Assembly: GCA_012744375.1 (NCBI GenBank)
Contig: JAAYCD010000093.1
Span: 226-64,225 of the forward strand
Origin: Erysipelotrichaceae bacterium
GTDB lineage: Bacteria; Bacillota_I; Bacilli_A; RFN20; CAG-826
Direction: 5' to 3'
DNA: 64,000 bases
The position numbers and the translations under genes were made by a program. Positions 50,799-60,242 of this stretch are shown piece after piece. The first letter of the stretch is position 1. Each line of letters begins with the position of its first letter. The notes below the pieces were generated by a model, which worked only from the letters and a program-made list of their open reading frames with translations, did no database searches and was not told the DNA's origin.

Positions 50799-52565
50799 AT
50801 GGCATTAGTTAATATTAAAATTAATGGTCAGCCTTACCAAGTGGAAGCTGGCCTCACCATCCTTCAAGCGGCGAAGAAATGCGGTTATTTAATCCCTACT
50901 CTTTGCACTTATCAAAACGGCGAATGCTCTCAAGGTTCTTGTCGCGTTTGTTTAGTTGAAGTCGTCGGTGCACGCGGTTTAGTCGCTTCTTGCGTCTACC
51001 CAATTAACGAAGGTATGGAAATTGTTACCAACTCGCAAACTGCTGTTGATGCAAGAAGAGCGTCGGTTGAGTTATTACTTTCCAATCACCAAAAAAATTG
51101 TTTGCAATGTCCAAAACAAGGCAAATGTGAATTATTAGAAGTATCCAAAATTGTCGGTGCAAGAGACTTAAAATATATTGGTCCATCTTCTCCAAACACC
51201 ATTGATGAAATTGCTCCAGGTTTAATGCGTAATACCGCCAAATGTATTCTTTGTGGCCGCTGCGTTGAAAGATGTAAAAAAGCTCATGGTATTGCTATTT
51301 TAGGTTTCGAAAATCGTGGTTTTAAAACAATCGTTGCTCCAGTAGAAAATAGAAGTTTTGCGAAGTCCCCATGTTTACAATGTGGTCAATGCGTGAACGT
51401 TTGCCCAACTGGTGCGTTATATGAAAACGAAGAAATCGCAAAAGTTGATGCTGCTTTCAAAGCTGGCAAAAAAGTTATTGTCCAAACTGCTCCTGCGGTT
51501 AGAGCTGCTATTGCTGAAGAATTCGGTCATCCAATTGGCACTCCAGGCACAGGCAAAATGGTTGCTGCTTTACATAGACTTGGTTTCTATCGTGTCTTTG
51601 ACACCAACTTCGGTGCGGACTTAACCATTATGGAAGAAGCCAATGAATTACTCGATAGAATTACTAAAAAAACTGCTCCACTTCCACAAATTACTTCTTG
51701 TTCTCCAGGTTGGGTTAATTATATGGAGTACTTCTATCCAGATGTTGCTCCTCACGTCTCAACTTGCAAATCTCCACATATGATGGTTGGTGCGGTCATC
51801 AAATCTTATTTCGCTAAGACTCACAATCTTGATCCAAACGATTTATTCGTCGTTTCTATCATGCCTTGCACAGCGAAAAAATATGAACGTTCAAGAAAAG
51901 AAATGCCTAATGATGTCGACGCTGTCTTAACTACTCGCGAATTAGCAAAAGTAATTAAACGCGCAGGTATTGAATGGGATAAATTACCTGATGAAGATTT
52001 TGATAAGGACTTAATGGGCGAATATAGTGGTGCTGGTGTCATTTTCGGTGTCACAGGTGGAGTTATGGAAGCGGCTTTAAGAACAACTTATTTCTGGCTA
52101 ACTGGCGAAGAATATGGTCCAGTCGGCTTCCAAGAAGTTCGTGGTATGAAAGGAACAAGAGAAGCCACTATTAACGTCAAAGGCCAAGAAATTAAAGTGG
52201 CCGTCACTTCTGGTATGGCCAATGCTAAAATCTTGTTAGACCAAATTAGAAATGGTACTTCTCCATATACCTTTATTGAAATTATGTGTTGCCCAGGCGG
52301 TTGTATTGCGGGTGGTGGTCAACCATTCGTCAAACCAATGTTCTTACCAAAAGAAGGCGACGATATTCTCGATACATATCGTTTAAAACGTGCCTCTGTC
52401 TTATATGGTGAAGATGAACGCTTAGTCGTCCGTCAATCCCACAATAATAAGGACATTCAAAACCTTTACACCAATTTCTTAGGCAAACCTGGTAGTCACT
52501 TGGCGGAACAATTGCTCCATACTTCTTACGACATTGAACGTCCATGCTACCCAGATAAAGAATAA
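50799..52565 (+). CDS. hydA: [FeFe]-hydrogenase catalytic subunit (HydA, M3-type with a C-terminal small-subunit-like domain)
   Basis: H-cluster motifs TSCSPGWV (L1), MPCTAKKYE (L2) and EIMCCPGGCIAGGGQP (L3). N-terminal 2Fe-2S and 4Fe-4S ferredoxin domains. Confidence 0.9.
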   Translation: MALVNIKINGQPYQVEAGLTILQAAKKCGYLIPTLCTYQNGECSQGSCRVCLVEVVGARGLVASCVYPINEGMEIVTNSQTAVDARRASVELLLSNHQKNCLQCPKQGKCELLEVSKIVGARDLKYIGPSSPNTIDEIAPGLMRNTAKCILCGRCVERCKKAHGIAILGFENRGFKTIVAPVENRSFAKSPCLQCGQCVNVCPTGALYENEEIAKVDAAFKAGKKVIVQTAPAVRAAIAEEFGHPIGTPGTGKMVAALHRLGFYRVFDTNFGADLTIMEEANELLDRITKKTAPLPQITSCSPGWVNYMEYFYPDVAPHVSTCKSPHMMVGAVIKSYFAKTHNLDPNDLFVVSIMPCTAKKYERSRKEMPNDVDAVLTTRELAKVIKRAGIEWDKLPDEDFDKDLMGEYSGAGVIFGVTGGVMEAALRTTYFWLTGEEYGPVGFQEVRGMKGTREATINVKGQEIKVAVTSGMANAKILLDQIRNGTSPYTFIEIMCCPGGCIAGGGQPFVKPMFLPKEGDDILDTYRLKRASVLYGEDERLVVRQSHNNKDIQNLYTNFLGKPGSHLAEQLLHTSYDIERPCYPDKE

Positions 52566-52580
52566 TTACCAAAAAAATCC

Positions 52581-52619
52581 AAAAAGGGGCGAAATTACTA
52601 CAAAATTGCCCCTTTTTTA
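52581..52619 (+). terminator. Rho-independent terminator after hydA
   Basis: aaaaAGGGGC...GCCCCTtttttt. Confidence 0.65.
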
Positions 52620-52640
52620 TCTACAATATAAATACTGATT

Positions 52641-53978
52641 ATGAATATTAAATTTTACAACTCTTTATCAAATTCTTTAGAAGATTTCATCACAATTGAA
52701 CCAAACAAAGTTGGCATGTATGTTTGTGGCCCAACTGTTTATAACTATGCCCACATTGGTAACATGCGTCCTGTCGTTGTTTTTGATACTTTAAGAAGAT
52801 TTTTAACTTATGTCGGTTATGAAGTTACTTATGTTAGTAACTATACCGATGTCGACGATAAAATCATTAAAGCTGCGAAAATTGAAGGTAAAAAAGAAAA
52901 AGAATTAACCGATTTTTATATTGCGGCTTATGAACAAACAATCAAAGATATCGGCGCGATGTCGCCAAACATCAAACCACGCGTAACTGATTACATGAAT
53001 CAAATTATTGCCTATATCGAAAATTTGGTCAAAATTGGTGCGGCTTATGTAGTTGATGGAGATGTATATTTCCGCGTGAATAAAATAAAAGATTATGGCG
53101 CTTTAAGTGGTATCAACATCGACGATTTGTTGGTGGGCGCAAGAATAGAAGAAAATACCTTAAAAGAGAGTCCATTAGATTTTGCATTATGGAAAAAAAC
53201 TAATGAGGGAATCAAATGGTCCTCCCCTTGGGGAGAAGGTCGACCAGGTTGGCATACTGAATGTTGCGTAATGGTTGAAAATATTTTCTCGCGGCACTAT
53301 ATTGATATTCACGGCGGTGGCTATGATTTAAAATTCCCACACCACGAGAATGAAATTGCCCAATCGGAAGCAACAAACCACAACAAGATTGCGAAGTATT
53401 GGTTACATAATGCCTTCATTAATATTGGCAATGAAAAGATGGCTAAATCTCTTGGCAACGCAATTTATGCCAAAGATATGATTGCTGAACACGGTGGTCC
53501 AGTCACGCGTTTGGTCATCTTGAATGCGCATTATCGTCAACCGGTTAATTTCACCGAAGACACCATTACTGAAGCAAAGAAAGTTTTTGAGCGTCTACAA
53601 AGCGCCTATAAGCAAGCAGCATTGAAACTACAATCTAATAAAATCGTTCTATCGGAAGGCAAACCATTATTTATCGATAAATTTTTAGAAGCTTTAGCAG
53701 ATGATTTAAATACCGCGAATGCGCTTGCCGAAGTGTTTAACGTCTTAAAAGAACTCAACTCACAAATTAGAGCACGAGATACTAATTTTGTATTGTTAAA
53801 CAATTTATTTAAGACCTTAACCGATATGTTCTTTGTCCTAGGGTTAGATATTACCTATGTGATGTTTGATGAAGAAATCGCGCGACTATATGAACAATAT
53901 CTTGCCCACAAAGCAAACAAAGAATTCGCCTTATCAGATGAAATTAGGAAAATTTTGAGCGAGAAAGGAGTCATGTAA
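52641..53978 (+). CDS. cysS: Cysteinyl-tRNA synthetase
   Basis: HIGN (HIGH-type) and KMAKSLGN (KMSKS) motifs. Confidence 0.9.
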   Translation: MNIKFYNSLSNSLEDFITIEPNKVGMYVCGPTVYNYAHIGNMRPVVVFDTLRRFLTYVGYEVTYVSNYTDVDDKIIKAAKIEGKKEKELTDFYIAAYEQTIKDIGAMSPNIKPRVTDYMNQIIAYIENLVKIGAAYVVDGDVYFRVNKIKDYGALSGINIDDLLVGARIEENTLKESPLDFALWKKTNEGIKWSSPWGEGRPGWHTECCVMVENIFSRHYIDIHGGGYDLKFPHHENEIAQSEATNHNKIAKYWLHNAFINIGNEKMAKSLGNAIYAKDMIAEHGGPVTRLVILNAHYRQPVNFTEDTITEAKKVFERLQSAYKQAALKLQSNKIVLSEGKPLFIDKFLEALADDLNTANALAEVFNVLKELNSQIRARDTNFVLLNNLFKTLTDMFFVLGLDITYVMFDEEIARLYEQYLAHKANKEFALSDEIRKILSEKGVM

Positions 53979-53997
53979 CCACCGGCATTAATTTTTT

Positions 53998-55491
53998 ATG
54001 TCACTTATTGAAAAATTACTTGATGTATTAAACATGACTGGCGAAGTCAAAAGTACCGCCAGTGTGATCATCTCCATTGGTGTAATTTTAATTTGTGGCT
54101 TCTTGATGACTCGCTTAACTAAATTACTTAAATTACCTAACGTAACTGCATATTTGATTGCTGGCATTATCATTGGTCCATCGATGATTAACGTTGTGCC
54201 ACAACAATTTATCGATTCAACAAGTTTTTTAGGTGATATTGCTCTTGCTTTTATTGCTTTTAGCGTTGGTGAATATTTTAAAATCAAAGATATTAATAAA
54301 GTTGGTCCTAAAATTGTTGTCATTACTTTAATGGAAGCTTTATTGGCTTTCGTTTTGACTTTCGTCGTTTGTTATTTCTTAATTCGTTTAGAATTTGCCT
54401 TCGCTTTAGTTATTTCTTCTTTAGCTTCTGTCACTGCCCCGACAAGCACCATTATGACGATTAAGCAAACCAAAGCTAAAGGACCATTCGTTAACACGTT
54501 GTTAGAAGTGGTAGCGTTAGATAATGCTTTTTCACTTATTTTGTTTTCGGTAGCTATTTCTATTTCGGTTGCCCTAGGAAATGGCGGATCAGTAAATGCG
54601 AGCGAAATTATAATGCCGATTATATATAACATTATTTGTTTAGCAATAGGTATCGTTTTCGGCTTTATCTTAAAGTTTTTACTTCCATCAAGAAGAACAA
54701 CCGATAATCGCTTGATTATTGTAGCGGCGCTTATTTTATTGTTCTGTGGTGTGTGTGCATTGTTTGGCCAATCGCCATTACTTGGTTGTATGGCTATTGG
54801 AACGGTTTATACTAACCTGACGAAAAATGATGACAAAATATTCGCCCAAGTCAATTACTTTATTCCACCAATCATGCTAGTTTTCTTCGTTAGAAGTGGC
54901 ATGAAATTTAATTTCGCTGATTTGACTGCCACCCATACTGGCTTTGTTTTACCGTTTTTCCTCATCGTGATTATTTATTTCTTTACTAGATTAATTGGTA
55001 AATATTGTGGTGGTTTACTTGGAAGCGCCATTGTTAGGACGCCACGCAACACTAGTTTTTACTTAGGTTTAGGTTTGCTGCCACAAGGTAGTATTGCGAT
55101 TGCTTTGGCGACATCGGGTGCAAGGACGTTATCTTCTGTTGGCTTAGGCGATGCTTCTGACGCATTACTAACCATCATTTTAGCGTCAGTTTTTATGTTT
55201 GAATTAATCGGCCCGCCATTTACGAAACTCGCTTTATATTTGTCCCACTCATACGAAACTAAATTAGATAACTTAGTTCCAGAAGTAGAGGTAAATAAAC
55301 AAGTGCTTGTTACAGAAGGCACTTCAAAAGAGGTAGAAACTCTTGTTGCACAAATCCAACGCATCTCAGAAGAAGTCGGCTATTTAAGCGAGATTGAAGA
55401 GGCCGAGGAAGCTTTTACTGAGGCGGCTGAAGAATATCATGACAATATGCATTATCGTCGAAATTATCGACATTTCATAAATAAAAAATAG
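53998..55491 (+). CDS. CPA2-family cation:proton antiporter (NapA/KefB-like) with an acidic C-terminal tail
   Basis: 12-13 TM; N-terminal YLIAGIIIGPSMIN motif typical of Na+/H+-exchanger family proteins. Confidence 0.7.
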   Translation: MSLIEKLLDVLNMTGEVKSTASVIISIGVILICGFLMTRLTKLLKLPNVTAYLIAGIIIGPSMINVVPQQFIDSTSFLGDIALAFIAFSVGEYFKIKDINKVGPKIVVITLMEALLAFVLTFVVCYFLIRLEFAFALVISSLASVTAPTSTIMTIKQTKAKGPFVNTLLEVVALDNAFSLILFSVAISISVALGNGGSVNASEIIMPIIYNIICLAIGIVFGFILKFLLPSRRTTDNRLIIVAALILLFCGVCALFGQSPLLGCMAIGTVYTNLTKNDDKIFAQVNYFIPPIMLVFFVRSGMKFNFADLTATHTGFVLPFFLIVIIYFFTRLIGKYCGGLLGSAIVRTPRNTSFYLGLGLLPQGSIAIALATSGARTLSSVGLGDASDALLTIILASVFMFELIGPPFTKLALYLSHSYETKLDNLVPEVEVNKQVLVTEGTSKEVETLVAQIQRISEEVGYLSEIEEAEEAFTEAAEEYHDNMHYRRNYRHFINKK

Positions 55492-55503
55492 GAGTGTAAA
55501 AAT

Positions 55504-56253
55504 ATGTTAGTATTAGCAGATTTATCAAATTACTCAGCTTTGGACCCACTAAGTCAACTAACTAGTGGTTGGCTAAATGAAATTAACATTTGGACCATTT
55601 TAATTAGAATCATTGCCGTTTTAATAATCGGTGGTGTATTTGGTATCGAAAGAAGTAGAAAAAGACATACAGCGGGCTTAAGAACATTTATGTTAGTATC
55701 CTTGTTTGCAGGTATAGCTGGTTTGCTTGATGTTTTTATTACCACTAATTTTGGTGAAGTTTTCCCAGCAATCAGTGTGGCGATGGTTTTAGGTGTTGCA
55801 ATTATTTCTAGTAACACATTGCTTTATAGTAGCAAAAGTCAAATTAAAGGATTAACAACCGCGGTAGCATTATGGTTAACATCAATCCTTGGCATTAGTT
55901 TCGGTTTCGGTTTTTATACAGTTGGTATTATCGCTTTTATCTGCGTTTACGTTTTACTCAATGTGTTGACCAAGTTGGAAAGATACCTTAAAGATCATAG
56001 CAATCATTTCGATATCCAATTAGAACTTAAAAACCGCAACAATCTTGCCAATTTTACTGGAGTTATTAGAAAACTCGGCTTAAAAATTGACGATATCGAG
56101 GCTAATCCAGCCTATGCAAACACAGGTTTAGGTGTTTTCACAATTTCATTGACAGTAACTTCAGATCAACTTAAAAAATATAAATCTCACCGAGAAATTA
56201 TTGAAACTTTATCTACTTTAGAATACATTAATTGTATTGAAGAAATAGATTAA
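55504..56253 (+). CDS. mgtC: MgtC/SapB-family membrane protein with a C-terminal ACT-like domain
   Basis: ILIRIIAVLIIGGVFGIERSRKRHTAGLRTFMLVSL matches the MgtC signature. Confidence 0.75.
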   Translation: MLVLADLSNYSALDPLSQLTSGWLNEINIWTILIRIIAVLIIGGVFGIERSRKRHTAGLRTFMLVSLFAGIAGLLDVFITTNFGEVFPAISVAMVLGVAIISSNTLLYSSKSQIKGLTTAVALWLTSILGISFGFGFYTVGIIAFICVYVLLNVLTKLERYLKDHSNHFDIQLELKNRNNLANFTGVIRKLGLKIDDIEANPAYANTGLGVFTISLTVTSDQLKKYKSHREIIETLSTLEYINCIEEID

Positions 56254-56255
56254 TC

Positions 56256-56981
56256 ATGCAGAAAGATAACTTTCTTATCTATGGCAAAAATCCTTTAATT
56301 GAGGCGGTTAAAACTAATCGCGTCGTTAAGGTTTTTTTGTTAAAAAACTTTAGTGATGAAAAAATAATGACGCTACTAAATGACCACCATTTGCCAATCA
56401 CCTATCTAAATTTAAGTGAAATGGATAAAATGTGTGAAAATGGTGTGCATCAAGGGGCAGCAGCGGAACTTAAGCCATATAATACCGTTGGCTTAGAAGA
56501 AATCATTGCTAAAGCAAAAAAATTAGAAAAACAAATTATCGTCATGCTTGACAACATCGTTGATCCACATAATCTTGGTGCAATTTTAAGGAGCGCTGAT
56601 TTTTTTGGAGCAGCAGGAGTTGTTTTACCAAAGCATAACTCTGTTTCTTTAAACGCCACAGTGGCAAAAACTAGCGCTGGGGCGATAAATTATGTGCCTG
56701 TTGCAGTAGTTAATAATCTTAATCAGGCAATAAAAATATTACAGGAAAATGGTTATTGGGTTGTTGCTACCGATGGTAGCGCCAAGCAAAGTTACACCGA
56801 CTTAAAATACGATTTTCCAGTCGTCATCATTATTGGTAGCGAAGGCAAAGGAATTTCTTCTCTCGTCCTAAAGAATTCTGATTATGTGGTCAAAATTCCT
56901 CAATTTGGTCACGTCAATTCTTTAAACGCCTCTGTGGCAGCCGGCATTATATTAGCGGAGGTGCGTAAAACAAATATCTAA
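56256..56981 (+). CDS. rlmB: 23S rRNA (guanosine-2'-O)-methyltransferase RlmB (SpoU/TrmH family; YacO-like)
   Basis: VMLDNIVDPHNLGAILRSA...IIIGSEGKGIS SPOUT motifs. Confidence 0.8.
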   Translation: MQKDNFLIYGKNPLIEAVKTNRVVKVFLLKNFSDEKIMTLLNDHHLPITYLNLSEMDKMCENGVHQGAAAELKPYNTVGLEEIIAKAKKLEKQIIVMLDNIVDPHNLGAILRSADFFGAAGVVLPKHNSVSLNATVAKTSAGAINYVPVAVVNNLNQAIKILQENGYWVVATDGSAKQSYTDLKYDFPVVIIIGSEGKGISSLVLKNSDYVVKIPQFGHVNSLNASVAAGIILAEVRKTNI

Positions 56982-57004
56982 TCTACTGAAAGGAGATTTG
57001 TTCT

Positions 57005-57625
57005 ATGCCAGCAAAAATAACAAAAGATTATTTAACTGACGACTATCTACACTCACTGTGCGCAAAAAACATTCCTGGCGCATATGAAAAATTTTTTCGA
57101 AAATACCAAATGTTTAGCAGGAAAGTTGTTAAACAAATTCAAATTAACTACCCAAACTCTGGAGTGAGTTTTGAAGATTTACTGGCCGTTTGCGACAGCC
57201 ATTTTCATATTATTGTGAAAAAATATGATCCAAACAGCGGGAATTTTTATTCATTCTGGCATACCCTTATTGAACGAGAAGTAATGGATTATCTAATGGA
57301 AAATTCCTATAAAGGTAAAGCCAGAGTATTTGCAGGAGTATATACTTTAGACGAAGAAATGGATGAAAGACAGGCTTGCTATGAGTATTTGCGTGAAGAT
57401 GATGAGACTCATCTCACCGAACGGCAAATAAAAGAACTAAAACTTTTCTTAAAACAAAATTCCAGTAAATTTGAAGCTAACGAACTATTAGTGCTAAATC
57501 TAAATCTCGAAGGATATTCTTTAAGTGAGATAGAAGCAACAGGAGTGATGAAGAGGTCGACAATATATCTAACCTACAACAAAGCAGTTGAAAAGCTTAG
57601 AAAATTACTTGGAATTAAACAATAA
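57005..57625 (+). CDS. Sigma-70-family sigma factor, SigH-like (in the conserved position downstream of rlmB)
   Basis: Region-4 HTH LLVLNLNLEGYSLSEIEATGVMKRSTIYLTYNKAVEKLR aligns to B. subtilis SigH region 4. Synteny matches the Bacillus cysS...yacO...sigH block. Confidence 0.5.
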   Translation: MPAKITKDYLTDDYLHSLCAKNIPGAYEKFFRKYQMFSRKVVKQIQINYPNSGVSFEDLLAVCDSHFHIIVKKYDPNSGNFYSFWHTLIEREVMDYLMENSYKGKARVFAGVYTLDEEMDERQACYEYLREDDETHLTERQIKELKLFLKQNSSKFEANELLVLNLNLEGYSLSEIEATGVMKRSTIYLTYNKAVEKLRKLLGIKQ

Positions 57626-57708
57626 ATTATCGGCCATATGGCAGTATCACAAAGTGAAAGGGTGGATATCATTACATATTTTTTTATGTGCGTGCTATAA
57701 TGCGTAAC

Positions 57709-58527
57709 ATGAGCAAATTAGAAATCAAAAATCTCACTTTTTCCTACGATAATAAGATCAATGTCATCGACGACATTTCTTTCAAGGTGGAGAAGGGGCA
57801 ATTCGTTTCAATTATTGGCCATAATGGGTCAGGAAAATCAACTTTAGCGAAATTGATTGTTGGATTACTTGATAAAAACAACGGCCAAATCTTTTTTGAT
57901 AATGAAGAAATCACTAAAAAGAACATGGTTAGATTACAGAGCAAAACCGCGCTCGTTTTCCAAAATCCTGATAATCAATTTATTGGCGCGACCGTCGAAG
58001 ATGATATCGCTTTCGGCTTGGAAAACATTAATTTTCCACATGAAAAGATGCAGGAAGAAATTGAACGATTTGCTAAAGAAGTGGGCATGTTTGAGTACTT
58101 GAACAAAGAACCAAGTAACTTGTCTGGTGGACAAAAACAACGCGTCGCTATTGCGGGAGCTTTGATTTTACATCCAGAGATATTAATTCTTGATGAGGCA
58201 ACTTCGATGCTTGATCCAAAGGGCAAGGCGACGGTTAGACGTGTTATTGACCGTTTGCACCAAGAAAAAAAGGATTTAACGATTATTGCGATTACCCATG
58301 ATATTGATGAAGCAATGTTGAGTGACGAAGTTTTGGTTTTAAGCCGTGGCAAACTAATTAAAAAAGGATCACCTAAAATTGTGCTTCGTGACGAAGAGAC
58401 ATTGCGTTCATTGCGTTTAGATATGCCCTTTGTTTATCGTTTAGAAAAAGGACTAAAAAGCCTTGGTATTAAAGCAAAAGCTGAAACGGTTGACCAACTG
58501 GTGGAGGATATATGGGCATCAAAGTAA
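57709..58527 (+). CDS. ecfA: ECF-transporter ATPase component EcfA1
   Basis: Walker A GHNGSGKST, LSGGQKQR signature, Walker B ILDEATSMLD. Start taken at MSKLEIKNLTFSY (ATG at 57709); other in-frame ATG/GTG starts exist at 57688 and 57700. Confidence 0.85.
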   Translation: MSKLEIKNLTFSYDNKINVIDDISFKVEKGQFVSIIGHNGSGKSTLAKLIVGLLDKNNGQIFFDNEEITKKNMVRLQSKTALVFQNPDNQFIGATVEDDIAFGLENINFPHEKMQEEIERFAKEVGMFEYLNKEPSNLSGGQKQRVAIAGALILHPEILILDEATSMLDPKGKATVRRVIDRLHQEKKDLTIIAITHDIDEAMLSDEVLVLSRGKLIKKGSPKIVLRDEETLRSLRLDMPFVYRLEKGLKSLGIKAKAETVDQLVEDIWASK

Positions 58528-59369
58528 ACAATGTTTCCTACACATACCAAAAGAAAGCATCAACCGCGACCTTGGCGCTAAATGATGTTTCTTTAGAAAT
58601 TTATGATAATGATTTTGTGGCTTTAGTCGGAGAAACCGGTAGTGGTAAATCAACTTTGGTCCAATGTTTTAATGGATTAATTATTCCCGATAATGGTGAA
58701 ATCGTCGTTGATGATTTTATTGTTTCTTATAAAAATCGTAAGAGCCGTAGACTTAAAAATTTAAGAAAACGAGTCGGCCTTGTTTTTCAATTTCCCGAAT
58801 ATCAACTGTTTGAAGAAACGGTGGAAAAAGATGTTGCTTTTGGTGTAAAAAATTTTGGTCTCAAAGGCGAAGCTGCTTTAGAAAAAGCCCATCAAGCTTT
58901 AGACCTCGTCGGATTAGATTCTTCTTATTATCAACGCCCACCTTTTGAATTAAGTGGTGGTGAAAAAAGAAAAGTCGCTATTGCTGGAGTTTTGGTCATA
59001 GAACCAGACATCTTAGTATTTGATGAACCAACCGCTGGCTTGGATCCTGAAAGCAGTAAAGAACTAATGGCGTTAATTACCAAATTACACGAACAAGGTA
59101 AGACAATTATCGTTGTTACTCACGATATGGATTTGGTAAATACTTATGCAAAACGAGTGCTGATGTTAGATCATGGCAAACTCGTATTTTCTGGAACCCC
59201 TAATGCATTATTCAATCACATTCAAAATTATGATCGACTCGATGTTCCTTTACTCATTAAAGTCGCTAAAAAACTTAAAGAGAAAGGGATGGACTTACCT
59301 GTAGAAGGTATCCATACAATTGATGACTTATTAACTTATATCAAGAAATGGAGGGAAAACCATGTCTAG
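58512..59369 (+). CDS. ecfA2: ECF-transporter ATPase component EcfA2
   Basis: GETGSGKST Walker A, LSGGEKRKVAIA signature. Confidence 0.85.
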   Translation: MGIKVNNVSYTYQKKASTATLALNDVSLEIYDNDFVALVGETGSGKSTLVQCFNGLIIPDNGEIVVDDFIVSYKNRKSRRLKNLRKRVGLVFQFPEYQLFEETVEKDVAFGVKNFGLKGEAALEKAHQALDLVGLDSSYYQRPPFELSGGEKRKVAIAGVLVIEPDILVFDEPTAGLDPESSKELMALITKLHEQGKTIIVVTHDMDLVNTYAKRVLMLDHGKLVFSGTPNALFNHIQNYDRLDVPLLIKVAKKLKEKGMDLPVEGIHTIDDLLTYIKKWRENHV

Positions 59370-60240
59370 TATGACTTTTGGTCGTTATACCTTCCGCGAG
59401 ACTTTTATTCATCGTCTTGATGCAAGAAATAAGATCTTTTTAATGATTATTTTTATGGTTGGAATTTTCTTCCAATTTAATTTATGGTCAACGGCCTTGT
59501 TGTTAAGCGGCTTTTACGTTATTTTATTAATTGTTTTTATGACCATTGCCCGCATTAATTTTTTAAGTTTATTTAAGTCATTAGGAGGCATGTGGATATT
59601 CATTTTGCTATTAATGGCTATTTATATTTTTATCCCTAATAATAACTATTATTTACCAACCGCTTTTACGATTGGAAATGTTGATGTTAAGTGGGACGCT
59701 ATTTGTCAATCGGCTTATATCGTTATGCGTTTAGTATTGATGTTAGCCTTAACGATGATTTTAACTAGCACCACAAAACCGATGGATATGACCTATGCTT
59801 TTGAATGGTATATGCGACCATTAAAGCCAATCCATTTTCCTGTAAATGAAATCTCGATGACTTTGTCAATTGCTTTGCGTTTTATTCCTACGTTGCTCGA
59901 TGAAACAGATCGAATAATGAAAGCTCAAGCCTCACGCGGAATCGATTTTAATCACGGGGGTGTCTTTAAACGCTTTGGAGCAATCATTGCTTTAATAATT
60001 CCGCTTTTCGTCTCTGCTTTAGAAAGGAGTGAAGAACTTGCAAATGCAATGATTGTCAGGGGATATGACCCAAAGGCAAAACGTTCTAAATACCGTCTCT
60101 TAAAATTCTCATATCGCGATATTTTTGCTTTCCTATTAATTGTGGGATTATTTGGTTTAATTATTTATTTATCAGTAATTGATACTAAACTTAACCCCTT
60201 AGATTTAGTGGAAATTATCTTTAAGGTAAAAGGATTCTAG
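59362..60240 (+). CDS. ecfT: ECF-transporter transmembrane component EcfT
   Basis: MSSMTFGRYTFRETFIHRLDARNK, compare the EcfT N-terminus FGQYxPGxSxLHRLDPRxK; conserved ARG motif region. Confidence 0.8.
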   Translation: MSSMTFGRYTFRETFIHRLDARNKIFLMIIFMVGIFFQFNLWSTALLLSGFYVILLIVFMTIARINFLSLFKSLGGMWIFILLLMAIYIFIPNNNYYLPTAFTIGNVDVKWDAICQSAYIVMRLVLMLALTMILTSTTKPMDMTYAFEWYMRPLKPIHFPVNEISMTLSIALRFIPTLLDETDRIMKAQASRGIDFNHGGVFKRFGAIIALIIPLFVSALERSEELANAMIVRGYDPKAKRSKYRLLKFSYRDIFAFLLIVGLFGLIIYLSVIDTKLNPLDLVEIIFKVKGF

Positions 60241-60242
60241 AC

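Noticed and set aside
52566-52640. Possible T-box riboswitch upstream of cysS
   Set aside because: Only about 75 nt separate the hydA terminator and the cysS start. That is too short for a T-box, and no specifier-loop or T-box consensus (AATTAGGGTGGNACCGCG) is present.
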